Below, one piece after another: positions 9,282 to 19,525 of a stretch of DNA of 64,000 nt. The first letter of the stretch is position 1, and every line of letters starts with the position of its first letter. The notes under the pieces are model-generated. The model was not told the origin of the DNA and searched no databases. It saw nothing but the letters and a program-made list of their open reading frames with translations. Source of the stretch: Candidatus Omnitrophota bacterium (GTDB taxonomy: Bacteria; Omnitrophota; Gorgyraeia; Zapsychrales; JBDRMG01); the NCBI GenBank assembly GCA_043812495.1, contig JBDRMG010000064.1, forward strand, positions 2,799 to 66,798, written 5' to 3'. A program made the position numbers and the translations under genes.

Positions 9282-10002
9282 AATATCCTTTGCAATGATT
9301 ATAGCGTATCCTGAAAAGATCGATAAACATGCTTGTGGAATCACGAATGACATCCACCCGCGAATTTTCGCGATTGACCCACGTGACAGGCACCTCTTTG
9401 ATTCCATAACCCAATAATTTTGCGATAAACAAAATCTCTGCGTCAAAGCAAAAACCGCCGATGCGCTGACGGCTAAAAATGGGCGCGATTGTATTTCTTT
9501 TAAAACACTTAAAACCGCACTGCGTATCGATGATTCCACGAAAGAGGACCATCTGAACAAGCAAATTAAAAATCCTGCCCATGTTTCTTCTAAAGTATCC
9601 CTGTTTTTTGACAACGTTTGAGCCCGGCAGGGACCGAGACCCTATGGAAATATCAATTCTATCTTCGAGGGCCTGAAGAAGGCGGGGGATTTCTTCAACA
9701 GGGGTCGAAAGGTCCGCGTCCGCAAAGAACACATAATCTTTGGTCGCAGCCAGCATGCCCGTTTTGACGGTTGTTCCTTTTCCTTCGTTCTTGGAAATAT
9801 TAAGAACGCGGATATGGTTATCTTTCTTCGCGACATCCACTGCTTTTGCGTAAGAATCATCTGTGCTTCCGTCGTCAACAACAATGATTTCATAGGATCT
9901 GAAGTTCTTCGAAAGAAACTCTTTGGTCTTTATTAAGGCATCTTGAATGCAGGCCTCTTCATTGTAGACAGGGATAACAACAGAAACGCTTTTATTGTTC
10001 AT
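9265..10002 (-). CDS. GT2 polyprenyl-phosphate glycosyltransferase (ArnC/DPM1-like)
   Basis: SVVIPVYNEE ... IIVVDDGSTDDS ... FADADLSTP. Short 245-aa soluble GT2 of the type that charges undecaprenyl phosphate. Confidence 0.8.
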   Translation of the reverse strand: MNNKSVSVVIPVYNEEACIQDALIKTKEFLSKNFRSYEIIVVDDGSTDDSYAKAVDVAKKDNHIRVLNISKNEGKGTTVKTGMLAATKDYVFFADADLSTPVEEIPRLLQALEDRIDISIGSRSLPGSNVVKKQGYFRRNMGRIFNLLVQMVLFRGIIDTQCGFKCFKRNTIAPIFSRQRIGGFCFDAEILFIAKLLGYGIKEVPVTWVNRENSRVDVIRDSTSMFIDLFRIRYNHCKGYYAPES

Positions 10003-10013
10003 TGATAATGGTC

Positions 10014-10733
10014 TTAGAGGTTTTTGATAATGTCTTGTGCAAGTTTATAGCGCTCGGGCGTGCCGATATCGATAAAAGCCTCTTTGGTCTTAAAACCATA
10101 AAATTTCTTTCCGACAAGGGTCGGGAAGAATTCCGTCTCGATGGAAAAGGCATTTTTTTCCGGCATCAAATCAAAAATGTTTTTATTAAAACAGTAAATG
10201 CCGACCGAGGCAAACGGCGTTTGCGTCTGTGTGGCTTTCTCGCTAAAATTTGCGATCTCATCGTTTGGACCGAGGATGATGGAACCAAAATCTTTTTTCT
10301 CTTTGAGTTCGTGGACAGCCAAGGTCGCCAAGGCGTCTTTCTTAAGATGAAAATCAAGGAGTCTTGGATAGGGTAATCGGCAAAAACAATCACCATTGAG
10401 AACAAAAAATCGATCACTCACAATAAGCGGTTGAACGTTCTTAACAGCTCCTCCTGTGCCCAATGGCTCAATTTCTTTGGAAAATTCAATGGATAAAGAA
10501 GATTGCCTTTTCCTGCAGAACTCTTCAATCATGTCCGACTTGTAGCCGACTCCAAGAATCACTCGCCTAAATCCCTGGCGTTCCAAATACTCTAGAAGAA
10601 TTCCTAGAAAAGGCTGACCCTGAATATGCGCAAGGACTTTTGGGATGACAGGCACTTCGGGCCGCAATCTTTTTCCAAGCCCTCCGCAAAGAATGAAAAT
10701 ATCAAGCTGGGATAATATATTATGGTCTCTCAT
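10014..10733 (-). CDS. Sugar-1-phosphate nucleotidyltransferase (HddC/GmhD-like, probable heptose-1-P guanylyltransferase)
   Basis: ILCGGLGKRLRPEVPVIPKVLAHIQGQPFL is the NTP_transferase G-loop. 239 aa, short single-domain form. Confidence 0.7.
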   Translation of the reverse strand: MRDHNILSQLDIFILCGGLGKRLRPEVPVIPKVLAHIQGQPFLGILLEYLERQGFRRVILGVGYKSDMIEEFCRKRQSSLSIEFSKEIEPLGTGGAVKNVQPLIVSDRFFVLNGDCFCRLPYPRLLDFHLKKDALATLAVHELKEKKDFGSIILGPNDEIANFSEKATQTQTPFASVGIYCFNKNIFDLMPEKNAFSIETEFFPTLVGKKFYGFKTKEAFIDIGTPERYKLAQDIIKNL

Positions 10734-10897
10734 AAAGGAGTGTTGAAATTGCTTCGATTTGTGTTATGATATTTTTGCTTAATTTCTGAAACTGACTGAC
10801 TTTCTTGAAATTAAAGATCGTTTAAAGTATACAGGAAGCCGCTGCAATTTTGAAGCAAAAAATATTCTACTTCGCATAATCAATAATAAAGATAGTA

Positions 10898-10990
10898 TGT
10901 GCTTCGTAGAATATTTTCCTTTGAATAATTCTCCGAAGCCTATACCATTATGTTCAATTTATAAGGCGAAGGAGAATAAAAAGCCTTCTG
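10898..10990. mobile_element. MITE-like dispersed repeat, family A copy 1 (ends TTATTCTCCTTCGCC / GCTTCGTAGAATATT)
   Basis: About 90 nt, near-identical to the reverse complement of 33331-33420 and related to 51447-51645. It lies just upstream of the radical SAM gene start. Confidence 0.6.
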
Positions 10991-11004
10991 TCACAAGAGG
11001 TTCC

Positions 11005-12441
11005 ATGAAATTACTCCTGATTTTTCCTAACTGGTGCACATCTTTTGGTGTATTCAAGAATATCGCCAAGAAGGCCTCTTCTTTTCCTCCCTTGGGTCTC
11101 TGCTATATTGCAGCGATTGCCGAAAAATGCGGCTGGGAAGTGAAAATCATCGATGGGGAAATTGACAGCCTATCGATTCCCGATATCATTAAGCAAACCG
11201 CCAATTTTGACCCTGATCTCATCGGCCTGACCGCAACGACACCATTTTTTTATAATGTCGCCCATATCGCAAGAAATTTGAAGTCTCATTTTCCCACGCC
11301 CATTATTGTCGGCGGACCGCATCCCTCTTTGCTGCGCGAGAAAGCATTTCTTGATGTCTTTGATTATTTATTTATCGGCGAGGCCGAAAAAAACCTGCCG
11401 GACTTTTTGAAAAGCTTTGCTCAAGGCCGGGAGGGTCGCGGCATAGCGGGAATTATGCGCCGAGAAAATGGAAAAATTCATTATACAAGCGATCCTCCAA
11501 AAACAGAAAACCTCGATGAGATCCCCTGGCCGGCGCGTCACTTAATTCCCTATAAGAAATATTCCATCGGGACTCTTCAAGGGACAAAAAACTATACATC
11601 GCTTTTCATGAGCCGGGGATGTCCTTTTGATTGTGTTTTCTGCGCTAATGATCTTTACGGAAAACGCGTCCGCAGCCGGGCCGTCAAGGAAGTCATCCGG
11701 GAGATTAGCTACATCGTGCATGAGCTGGGCATCCCCCATATTTATTTTCTTGACGATACATTAACTCTGGACAGGCCTTATATTCTGAGTCTCTGTGAGG
11801 AAATTAAGAAGAATCGCCTCCGTTTTACATTTGAAGGAAGCACCCGGGCTAATCTCTGGGACGAAGAAATGGTCCGGCTGATGAAAGACTGTGGTCTGAT
11901 CCGTATCAGCTTTGGGCTTGAAACCGTCGATCAGCATGTACGAAAAATCATCAAGAAAAATGTTCCGATCCGCAGTTATATGGACGCCAATCGACTCAAT
12001 GAAAGATTAAATATCGAAACGATTAATTCTGTCATGCTGGGACTTCCGGGTGAAAATTTGGAACGTATTCAAAAGACCGTCAATTATTTGACAAAGGCCA
12101 AATTCATTCAGCACGCGACGTACGGCATCGCCATTCCTTATCCGGGGACAGAAATGTACCAGATGGCCAAGAATCAAGAGCATGGCTTGAAGCTAATCTC
12201 CGATGACTTTGAGGATTATCAGCGCTACGGCAAAGCGGTCATGGAAGTGGGCGGCCTGAAACCTCAGGATATCGTCTATCTTCAAAAAATCGGTTTGATC
12301 AAAATCTATGCGCGTTGGTGGCGCCTGTGGCCTATTATTAAACGCCACGGTTTAAAAGCTCTTTTTGTTCCGGTTGTGGATGCTTTTGTAACTGTTATTC
12401 AAACGCTGTGCAGCAAGTTTTCTGGGCATAAATCAAAGTAG
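11005..12441 (+). CDS. Cobalamin-binding (class B) radical SAM protein, probable sugar C-methyltransferase
   Basis: Start at ATG 11005 (AAGAGG 6 nt upstream). B12-binding Rossmann N-domain and CPFDCVFC (CxxxCxxC). The 5' extension of the listed ORF is the MITE. Confidence 0.8.
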   Translation: MKLLLIFPNWCTSFGVFKNIAKKASSFPPLGLCYIAAIAEKCGWEVKIIDGEIDSLSIPDIIKQTANFDPDLIGLTATTPFFYNVAHIARNLKSHFPTPIIVGGPHPSLLREKAFLDVFDYLFIGEAEKNLPDFLKSFAQGREGRGIAGIMRRENGKIHYTSDPPKTENLDEIPWPARHLIPYKKYSIGTLQGTKNYTSLFMSRGCPFDCVFCANDLYGKRVRSRAVKEVIREISYIVHELGIPHIYFLDDTLTLDRPYILSLCEEIKKNRLRFTFEGSTRANLWDEEMVRLMKDCGLIRISFGLETVDQHVRKIIKKNVPIRSYMDANRLNERLNIETINSVMLGLPGENLERIQKTVNYLTKAKFIQHATYGIAIPYPGTEMYQMAKNQEHGLKLISDDFEDYQRYGKAVMEVGGLKPQDIVYLQKIGLIKIYARWWRLWPIIKRHGLKALFVPVVDAFVTVIQTLCSKFSGHKSK

Positions 12442-12451
12442 GAAGGGTTCC

Positions 12452-14212
12452 TTGATGAGAAATTTTGTGCAAAAAATATTCGCTCAGCTTTCCCTGGGTT
12501 TTCATGCCTTGATCAATCAGCAACCCCGACTCAGCGACAGCGTTATTCTTTCCATATTTGTTATCCTGATTACCCTCCAACCTTTTTATTTACACGGACA
12601 ACTCAATATTTTTGAATTTGGCATCTACCTTGGCGGTATCAATGAAATTCTAAGAGGGCATCTTCCCTATCTTGATGTATTCCATTTGCGCGGACCCTTA
12701 GAGCTTTACCCTCCCGCTTGGTTGATGATGATCTTCGGGAAAAATCTTTCTGTTTTAGCTACGTACTTTTATGTCTGTAACGTGTTGAGTCTTTTGATCT
12801 GCGTGTTGATCGCCAAAGAATTACTTCGCACGCGTCTTGCTCTTTATTTGCTTATTCCTGTTTTGGTCGGTCGGACATTCTTAAGGGTTGTATTCACATT
12901 TTGGGGCGGAATGCGCTTTGCGTCGGCTCTTTTGGTTGTTCTTGGTATTATTTATTGCTATAAGTTCAGAAAGCCGCTTTGGCTGTTGTTTTGCGGCCTG
13001 GCGACCGCGATAGCCTTGCTGATTAGCCTGGAGATGGGATTTGCCTGTGCTCTCAGCCTTCTCTCGACTTTTCTTTTTAGCCTTATCTTTCGCATCCAAA
13101 AACCCAAAACCGTGATGCGTCATCTGGGTCTCTGTATCGCCGGGGGAGCCATCATTATTCTTCCCTATTTTCTTTTTCTTCACTTTCATCAGGCTCTGAT
13201 GCCTTATATCCATGACGCTCTGAGCGTTGTATCGAATATGCCGAAGGCGATTCCGGTTCATTTTATAAGAAAAAACCCCCAAACTTTCTTCGAAGTGATT
13301 CGGGCCTTGCATCCGATGAGCGCAGATTACAAGTATATGACGCCCCTATTTTGCTTTCTGTTCTTGTCGGGTTATATTATTTATCGGTTAAAACAAAACA
13401 CAATTAAAGAAAACCAACTTGGCTTTATTGGCTTATCCGCTTTTGGGCTGGTCATGTATCAGCTGGCTTTTCGCAATTTTGAATCGGGCCAATTTGAAAT
13501 GGCCCTTCAGCCTGAGAAAATACTTCTTTTTATTATGCTCGAAGAGATTTTCTTGTGGGTTTGGAAGAAATGGCATGAGTTTTTCATATTCCTAAAAACA
13601 TCATCGGCCCCTCGCAGGATTCTTTACTTAAAAATCACGGGATTGAGCTTCTTGATTCTGGGTTTCTGCGCATCTTCGCTGGGCTACGCCTTGGCCCGTT
13701 TCAATAATCGGTTTATTACTTTTCACTATATGAAAGACTTCCTGACCGGCGGACAATCAAGAAACAAACTCATTCCTCTCTGGGGGGAAAATTCCGTTCG
13801 GTTAACCATTCCAACCATGAAAAATATCGTCGTTCCGGCCTTTCAAGCCCAGGATATTACCTCCGTTTATAAAACAATCCGAAAAAATACAGATCCTAAT
13901 GAGCCGGTTTTCTTCTTTCCTGAGCTGGCCAGTTATCATTTTATCGTCAACAGGCCTGCGATCGGGCGGTTTCCCATGGTGACATTTTCCTGGCTCAGAG
14001 AAGACTGGCAGCAACAGCTTATCGATGATTTGCAAAATGCACCGCCTCGTTTTGCCGTTATCCAAGTCGACCCGGGGGAATCATTTCCCCAATGCTATTT
14101 CAAGGTCCCGCGAAATAAAGAAAGCTATGACCGCATCTTAAGCTTTATCCACGATCACTACGAAGTCTTCCAGACAACGCCATCCTTGTTGATTTTCAGA
14201 AGAAAATCTTGA
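12452..14212 (+). CDS. Large polytopic membrane protein of unknown function
   Basis: 586 aa with at least 10 hydrophobic helices and no motif I recognise. Co-directional with the radical SAM gene. Confidence 0.55.
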   Translation: MMRNFVQKIFAQLSLGFHALINQQPRLSDSVILSIFVILITLQPFYLHGQLNIFEFGIYLGGINEILRGHLPYLDVFHLRGPLELYPPAWLMMIFGKNLSVLATYFYVCNVLSLLICVLIAKELLRTRLALYLLIPVLVGRTFLRVVFTFWGGMRFASALLVVLGIIYCYKFRKPLWLLFCGLATAIALLISLEMGFACALSLLSTFLFSLIFRIQKPKTVMRHLGLCIAGGAIIILPYFLFLHFHQALMPYIHDALSVVSNMPKAIPVHFIRKNPQTFFEVIRALHPMSADYKYMTPLFCFLFLSGYIIYRLKQNTIKENQLGFIGLSAFGLVMYQLAFRNFESGQFEMALQPEKILLFIMLEEIFLWVWKKWHEFFIFLKTSSAPRRILYLKITGLSFLILGFCASSLGYALARFNNRFITFHYMKDFLTGGQSRNKLIPLWGENSVRLTIPTMKNIVVPAFQAQDITSVYKTIRKNTDPNEPVFFFPELASYHFIVNRPAIGRFPMVTFSWLREDWQQQLIDDLQNAPPRFAVIQVDPGESFPQCYFKVPRNKESYDRILSFIHDHYEVFQTTPSLLIFRRKS

Positions 14213-14299
14213 TAGACAGGAACCAAGAAGAAATCAAGCGAATTTCTTCAGCTGAATTTGGCTCGATAGAATAGGTAGGGACATCCAGAGAGGGTAATC

Positions 14300-15298
14300 C
14301 TAAATGACTTTCCCGATATTTGGCTGGTAAAAAAGAATTTGTGTCCCAACATCTTCGAATCGAAAAGGGATCTCTAAGAATTTTTTTAATCGCTCTCTGA
14401 CCTTCTTTTGTTTCTTGGGATCACAATACAATAAAATAAATCCCCCGCCTCCCGCTCCCAGAAGCTTTCCGCCCATAGCGCCGGCCCTGCGGGCCGCCTG
14501 GTAAATCTCATCGATGCGGGGCGTGGTGACGCGATCGGACAATTCCCGTTTGATCATCCAACTTTCGTGAAGAAGTTTGCCGAAGTCGTCCAACCGGTCG
14601 CTTGTCAAGATTTTCATTGCCTGATGAGTCATTTGATACATGGTTTTAAGTTCTTTGCTTTTCTTTGGGATATTCTTGATTTGATGAAAGGCGATCTCCG
14701 ACGCATGCCGCGAAAATCCTGTAAAAAACAACATCAGGGATTTTTGTAAAGATTTTAATTTTCCCTCCGAAACAGTGATCTTTCGCATTTGAAAATCATC
14801 CTTGCCGCGGAATTCTATATAATTAAACCCGCCGAAAGACGCCAGGACCTGATCCTGGCAACCGACGACCTCTTGGCACATGTCCTGCTCCACATAAATC
14901 GCTTCTTGCGCCAGGCGTTCCTTGGTGGGCATCTCGCCTTTTAAGGCATAAAGAGCGTTCAGAATTCCGACGGTAAATGATGAACTTGACCCCAAACCCG
15001 TTCGTGCCGGAAGATCGCCATCATGATGAATCTCGACACCCTGGCGAATTTTAAGGAATCTTAGGACTTCTCGCACAGCCGGATGTTTGATTTCATCCAC
15101 GCTCTTGACGTGCTCAATCAGAGAGTAAGCGATTCTTGATTTATGTTCGAAAAAGGGCGGTAAATAACGGCAGGTAATATAACAGTATTTATCGATGGTG
15201 GTGGCCAAAACTGCCCCAGGATGGTCTTTGAACCAGGCCGGATAATCTGTTCCTCCTCCAAAGAAAGAAATGCGAAAGGGCGTTCGGCTGATAATCAT
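14300..15298 (-). CDS. GHMP-family sugar kinase (HddA-like D-glycero-D-manno-heptose 7-phosphate kinase)
   Basis: MIISRTPFRISFFGGGTDYP N-terminus plus the GHMP GLGSSSSF motif. Confidence 0.7.
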   Translation of the reverse strand: MIISRTPFRISFFGGGTDYPAWFKDHPGAVLATTIDKYCYITCRYLPPFFEHKSRIAYSLIEHVKSVDEIKHPAVREVLRFLKIRQGVEIHHDGDLPARTGLGSSSSFTVGILNALYALKGEMPTKERLAQEAIYVEQDMCQEVVGCQDQVLASFGGFNYIEFRGKDDFQMRKITVSEGKLKSLQKSLMLFFTGFSRHASEIAFHQIKNIPKKSKELKTMYQMTHQAMKILTSDRLDDFGKLLHESWMIKRELSDRVTTPRIDEIYQAARRAGAMGGKLLGAGGGGFILLYCDPKKQKKVRERLKKFLEIPFRFEDVGTQILFYQPNIGKVI

Positions 15299-16797
15299 GA
15301 TAGCGCTCCTGATTGATGAGTGGATAAAATTTTTCGTTCAATCTTATGTTTAAGCATTTCGCGGATATGCTCGACGGTTTCTTCTCCAAACTTTTCTTTG
15401 ATCATGGCCAGATAGCGCGGATCGCTGTAATATTTGACAAAAGCTTCGTCGCGAAAACGCAACACCTCGGCCGCCGAACAATGTTTGGTCGCTAAAGGCA
15501 GGGTCTCGGAACTGAATTGAGAAAATCCGATCCATCCTTCCGGCAAAGGAATGCCTTCTTCGAGCGCATCCTCATAAAGTTGTGACCCCGGGTACGCCAT
15601 GGTGGCATAAAAGTTGACATACTCACAATTCAGTTCCTGAGCCAAGTCGAGGGTCTCCTGCATGGTCTCCGAATCATCGTCGGGTAAGCCAAACATAAAA
15701 TTACCGATAATATAAATGCCGGCCTCGTGCGTCAACTGCATGGCTTTCTTGATCTGTTCGATATTAAAACGGCTTTTAGAGACTCCTTTGCGCACATTGG
15801 TGCTTGCCGCCTCAATGCCATAACACAACCAATTGACTCCGGCTTTTTTCAATTTTCGGAGAATCTCTTCATTGATCGTATCTACTCTGGCATAAGCCCA
15901 AATATTCAAATTGTAGTTGCGCTCGATCAATCGATCGCAAATGTCATAAAGCCGGTCTTTTTTAAGGACAAAAATTTCGTCGAGAAATTTGATATGTTTG
16001 ATTTTATGTGTCCGGACAAGATAGTCGATTTCTTCGATGGCCCGCTCGGGGCTGCGGAAGCGAATGCCCGGCCGCCCGCTATAGAGGGCATGAATATTGC
16101 AGTAACGGCAATTGTACGGGCATCCGAGGCTCGTATAAATGATCGCGTAGGAAGAGCGTTCCTTGAGATGCCCAAAACAATGCCAGTTATGGGCCCGGTA
16201 TTTGTCCATCGGTAAAAGATCCCAGGCCACAAAAGGCAGGCGATCAAGGTCAGAGACAACATCCGCCCAACCTCCGTCAACAACTTGTCCGTCGCATAAA
16301 TACCACAGGCCTTTGATGGAAAGACTTTTCGGATTTTTGTCCGCCTTTATGGCGCTCAATAATTCTGAAACAGGATAAAAGGCTTCCCCACGCGCCAGAT
16401 AATCCACCTGCTCTTCTTTCAATGTCCTTTCCGGTAAGGCCGAAGGATGGATGCCGTACAAAACGGTTTGGATAGCGGAATCTTTTTGTTTCAGAAGGGC
16501 TAAAACATTTTTCACGGCGATCATTTTAGGCGTGGAAGACGCCGAAGGATTCGCGCCGACCGCGCCGATCGCGACAAGACGCGGGTGATCGTGAAGGATT
16601 TGCTTAACGGTTTCTTCCGGCCCCCAGCCGAGCGCATCCGCATCAATGATCTTCACGCTAAAACCTTTTTCGCGCAAAAAACCGGCCAAAAGACCACCCC
16701 ATAAAGGCGGTTCGATTCCTGCCAGGGATTCGCCGAGCTTACCGTACATGTGTTTTTTGTTGCTGGGATTAACAACAATGACGTCGACGGAATTCAT
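15295..16797 (-). CDS. Cobalamin-binding (class B) radical SAM protein (second copy)
   Basis: 500 aa. B12-binding N-domain and YTSLGCPYNCRYCNI (CxxxCxxC). 4-nt overlap with the kinase. Confidence 0.8.
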   Translation of the reverse strand: MNSVDVIVVNPSNKKHMYGKLGESLAGIEPPLWGGLLAGFLREKGFSVKIIDADALGWGPEETVKQILHDHPRLVAIGAVGANPSASSTPKMIAVKNVLALLKQKDSAIQTVLYGIHPSALPERTLKEEQVDYLARGEAFYPVSELLSAIKADKNPKSLSIKGLWYLCDGQVVDGGWADVVSDLDRLPFVAWDLLPMDKYRAHNWHCFGHLKERSSYAIIYTSLGCPYNCRYCNIHALYSGRPGIRFRSPERAIEEIDYLVRTHKIKHIKFLDEIFVLKKDRLYDICDRLIERNYNLNIWAYARVDTINEEILRKLKKAGVNWLCYGIEAASTNVRKGVSKSRFNIEQIKKAMQLTHEAGIYIIGNFMFGLPDDDSETMQETLDLAQELNCEYVNFYATMAYPGSQLYEDALEEGIPLPEGWIGFSQFSSETLPLATKHCSAAEVLRFRDEAFVKYYSDPRYLAMIKEKFGEETVEHIREMLKHKIERKILSTHQSGALS

Positions 16798-16819
16798 GTT
16801 TTGTTTTCACCTTACGGGG

Positions 16820-17749
16820 TTATTTAAGAAAATCTTCCGCGGTCTTTATCACGCTTTTTGCGTCAATGCCGTAATATTCCCGGATAATGTCCCGGCCGCC
16901 GTATTCATAGCAATATCCTTTTTCATGAGAAAGCCCGATACGCTTAACGGGTTTCAAAATACCGTTATCTTCCAAGATTTCGCACACAGCGCTTCCGAAT
17001 CCCCCCGGTAAGAAATGTTCTTCCAGTGTGATGATTTTTTGCGCGTCTTTGATCAAATGAAGAAGGATCTCTTCGTTAATGGGAATCCGATAAACGTCAA
17101 TCACGCCGACGTCCATTCCCTTTTTCTTAAGCCCCTCGGCTGCCTCCAGGGCCACATGCGTCATGCTTCCGGTGGATAGGATAAACGAGCGTCCCGTTTT
17201 GAGCTGAGCAAGACCTTCGGAGAAATCCGTTAGCTCATTATACAGCGGCGGCAAAACCAAGCGGTCGAGCCGGACATAATTCGTCGTCGAAAGCGCGCAG
17301 CACATCTTGGCCACCTCGCGGGACATGAAGCTATCCGAAATGCTGTGAATGGCGATATTGGGCATCGAGCGCATAATCGCTATATCTTCTGTAATATGAT
17401 GCGTGGGGCCTGAATCTTCATAACCGAATCCGGCGCCAACGCCGACAATCGTAATGGGAATTTTCATTACAGCGTTATTGACGCGAATCTGCTCCAGGCA
17501 ACGCAACGTGATAAAAGGCGCAATCGCGTACGCAAAAACTTTCTTGCCCGTGAGGGCCAAACCGACCGAAACAAGAATACCGTTTTGCTCGGCGATACCG
17601 ACATTAACAAACTGGGAAGCTAAATCTTCTCTGAATTGGTCCAACGAGGGCGCGCCCATATCCGCTGAAACCACAACAATATCCTTATCGGTCTTGGCCA
17701 TTTCATACACTTGATTCCAAAAAGCATCTCTTTGCGTAATATTATTCAT
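16820..17749 (-). CDS. Transketolase, C-terminal (pyrimidine-binding) subunit
   Basis: Start at Met69 of the listed ORF (ATG 17749), 8-nt overlap with the N-terminal subunit. Conserved transketolase Pyr and C-domain sequence. Confidence 0.85.
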   Translation of the reverse strand: MNNITQRDAFWNQVYEMAKTDKDIVVVSADMGAPSLDQFREDLASQFVNVGIAEQNGILVSVGLALTGKKVFAYAIAPFITLRCLEQIRVNNAVMKIPITIVGVGAGFGYEDSGPTHHITEDIAIMRSMPNIAIHSISDSFMSREVAKMCCALSTTNYVRLDRLVLPPLYNELTDFSEGLAQLKTGRSFILSTGSMTHVALEAAEGLKKKGMDVGVIDVYRIPINEEILLHLIKDAQKIITLEEHFLPGGFGSAVCEILEDNGILKPVKRIGLSHEKGYCYEYGGRDIIREYYGIDAKSVIKTAEDFLK

Positions 17750-18578
17750 TGCTACACCTTCTTTCCAGCTCGCAGATGGCTTGCTTGGCTTCATCGCCTT
17801 TGGGGGCGATACCGTGGCAAATCGGCCGATAACAGAATGATTCGATTCCTTCGCCTTTGACGGTATCCGCGATGACAACCAAAGGTTTTGCTGATCGTCG
17901 GGAACGAACGCGCTTAAAAGCTTCGATGATCTCTTCCATCTTGTGCCCGTCAATACAAATCACGTCCCAGCCGAATGATTTCCATTTGTCGGCCATGGGT
18001 TCCAAGGCAATCAAATTTTCCGTGAAGTCGGTAACGCACAGAAAATTGCGATCCACAATAGCGACAAGATTATTCAATCGGTTGTGGGACGCAAACATAG
18101 CGGTTTCCCAAATCGAGCCTTCATAACATTCTCCGTCTCCTAAAAGCGTGCAGACAAGATAAAGTTCGCGGTTCATTTTGGCACCCAGCGCGATACCGGC
18201 GGCTGTTCCGAATCCTTGGCCCAGGGAGCCGGCTGTGATTTCAACACCAGGGACGCTATTTTGCAGATGCACGCCGAATTTTCCGTCTTTCTGGGCGAAT
18301 AAGTTCAAATCTCTTGTGCTGAAATAACCGCAATCCGCCAAGACGGCATAAAGAACGGGGCTGGCCTGACCTTTGCTTAAAATAAACCGGTCCCGTTCGG
18401 ACCACTCCGGTTTTTTCGGATCATGATTTAAAAGTCCCCCGTGATACAAGGCCACAAGAATATCCACGCAGGACATGGAGGATGTCACGTGACCCGTGCC
18501 GGCCTTGATGCACATATTCAATACGATTTTACGAATCTGCGAAGCTTTATTTTTTAGCTCGCCAATATCATCAGACAT
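17742..18578 (-). CDS. Transketolase, N-terminal (TPP-binding) subunit
   Basis: GHVTSSMSCVDILVALYH ... GSLGQGFGTAAGIALGAK TPP-binding motifs. Confidence 0.85.
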   Translation of the reverse strand: MSDDIGELKNKASQIRKIVLNMCIKAGTGHVTSSMSCVDILVALYHGGLLNHDPKKPEWSERDRFILSKGQASPVLYAVLADCGYFSTRDLNLFAQKDGKFGVHLQNSVPGVEITAGSLGQGFGTAAGIALGAKMNRELYLVCTLLGDGECYEGSIWETAMFASHNRLNNLVAIVDRNFLCVTDFTENLIALEPMADKWKSFGWDVICIDGHKMEEIIEAFKRVRSRRSAKPLVVIADTVKGEGIESFCYRPICHGIAPKGDEAKQAICELERRCSNE

Positions 18579-18592
18579 GCTTGACCCCCTTG

Positions 18593-19525
18593 TTAAACAT
18601 TTGCATATTGATTTCGTTTAATAATTTTATAACCCTTAACCAATTCCTTGATGCCGTCGGAAAGTGAACAATCGGGTTTGTATCCTGTTTTTTCAATTTT
18701 TTCGTTGCTAACGATATAGTCTCGTTTATCCGGATCCTCGCCGATCTTGGATTCGACAAAATAAAAGTCAGGAACATACTTTTTGATCTCTTCGCAAAGT
18801 TCCAGCTTGCTCAAATTGGCATCGCTCAAGCCCACATTATAAGGTTCGTTTTTCATTTTCTCAAAATTATTCAAAGCATGAATAAATGCCTTGGCCACAT
18901 CACGCACGTGAATATAATTTCGTTTAAAATGGGCTTCAAACAAGACAATATAGCGATCGTAAACCGCATGATAAACAAAATCATTGACCAGAAGATCCAA
19001 GCGCATGCGCGGGCTGATGCCAAAGGCGGTCGCCAATCTTAAAGTGATGGCGTTCCCGGATTCAAGCAGGGCATTCTCTGCTTCCGCTTTCCATTGACCG
19101 TAGGTTGAGACAGGTTTGAGGGGTGTTTCCTCGGTGCAAAACTTATCTTTCTGCCCGATCCCATAACCGCTATTGGTTGTCGGAAAAACAATCATTTGGT
19201 TTTTGCTGCGGCATTCCAGAATCAATTGGATGGCATCGAGATTAATACTTTTTGCGCCCCAGGGATCTTTATTGCACAAAGGCGCGCCTGTCAAGCAGGC
19301 TAAAGGGATAATCGCATCCTTGCCTTTTAAAAGGTCTTTAATCAAGGTCGATTGACGGGCATCCCCTCTTGTGATCGTTAAGCTTGGATTGTGGCAGCAA
19401 TCCAAAAGAGAGGATTGATTGTACATGAAGCTATCAAGAACCGAAACATGATGACCTTCCTGAAGTAATCTGGGAACTAAAACAGAACCGAGATATCCGG
19501 CTGCGCCGGTCACTAAAATATTCAT
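18593..19525 (-). CDS. NAD-dependent sugar-nucleotide epimerase/dehydratase (extended SDR)
   Basis: MNILVTGAAGYLGSVLVPRLL Rossmann start (Met29 of the listed ORF). Confidence 0.75.
   Translation of the reverse strand: MNILVTGAAGYLGSVLVPRLLQEGHHVSVLDSFMYNQSSLLDCCHNPSLTITRGDARQSTLIKDLLKGKDAIIPLACLTGAPLCNKDPWGAKSINLDAIQLILECRSKNQMIVFPTTNSGYGIGQKDKFCTEETPLKPVSTYGQWKAEAENALLESGNAITLRLATAFGISPRMRLDLLVNDFVYHAVYDRYIVLFEAHFKRNYIHVRDVAKAFIHALNNFEKMKNEPYNVGLSDANLSKLELCEEIKKYVPDFYFVESKIGEDPDKRDYIVSNEKIEKTGYKPDCSLSDGIKELVKGYKIIKRNQYANV

Noticed and set aside
8076-9614. Full 512-aa extent of the GT-C membrane protein ORF
   Set aside because: The first 111 codons overlap the upstream GT2 gene in another frame and are not hydrophobic or helix-like. 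An ATG at 9281 gives a sensible 17-nt operon overlap.
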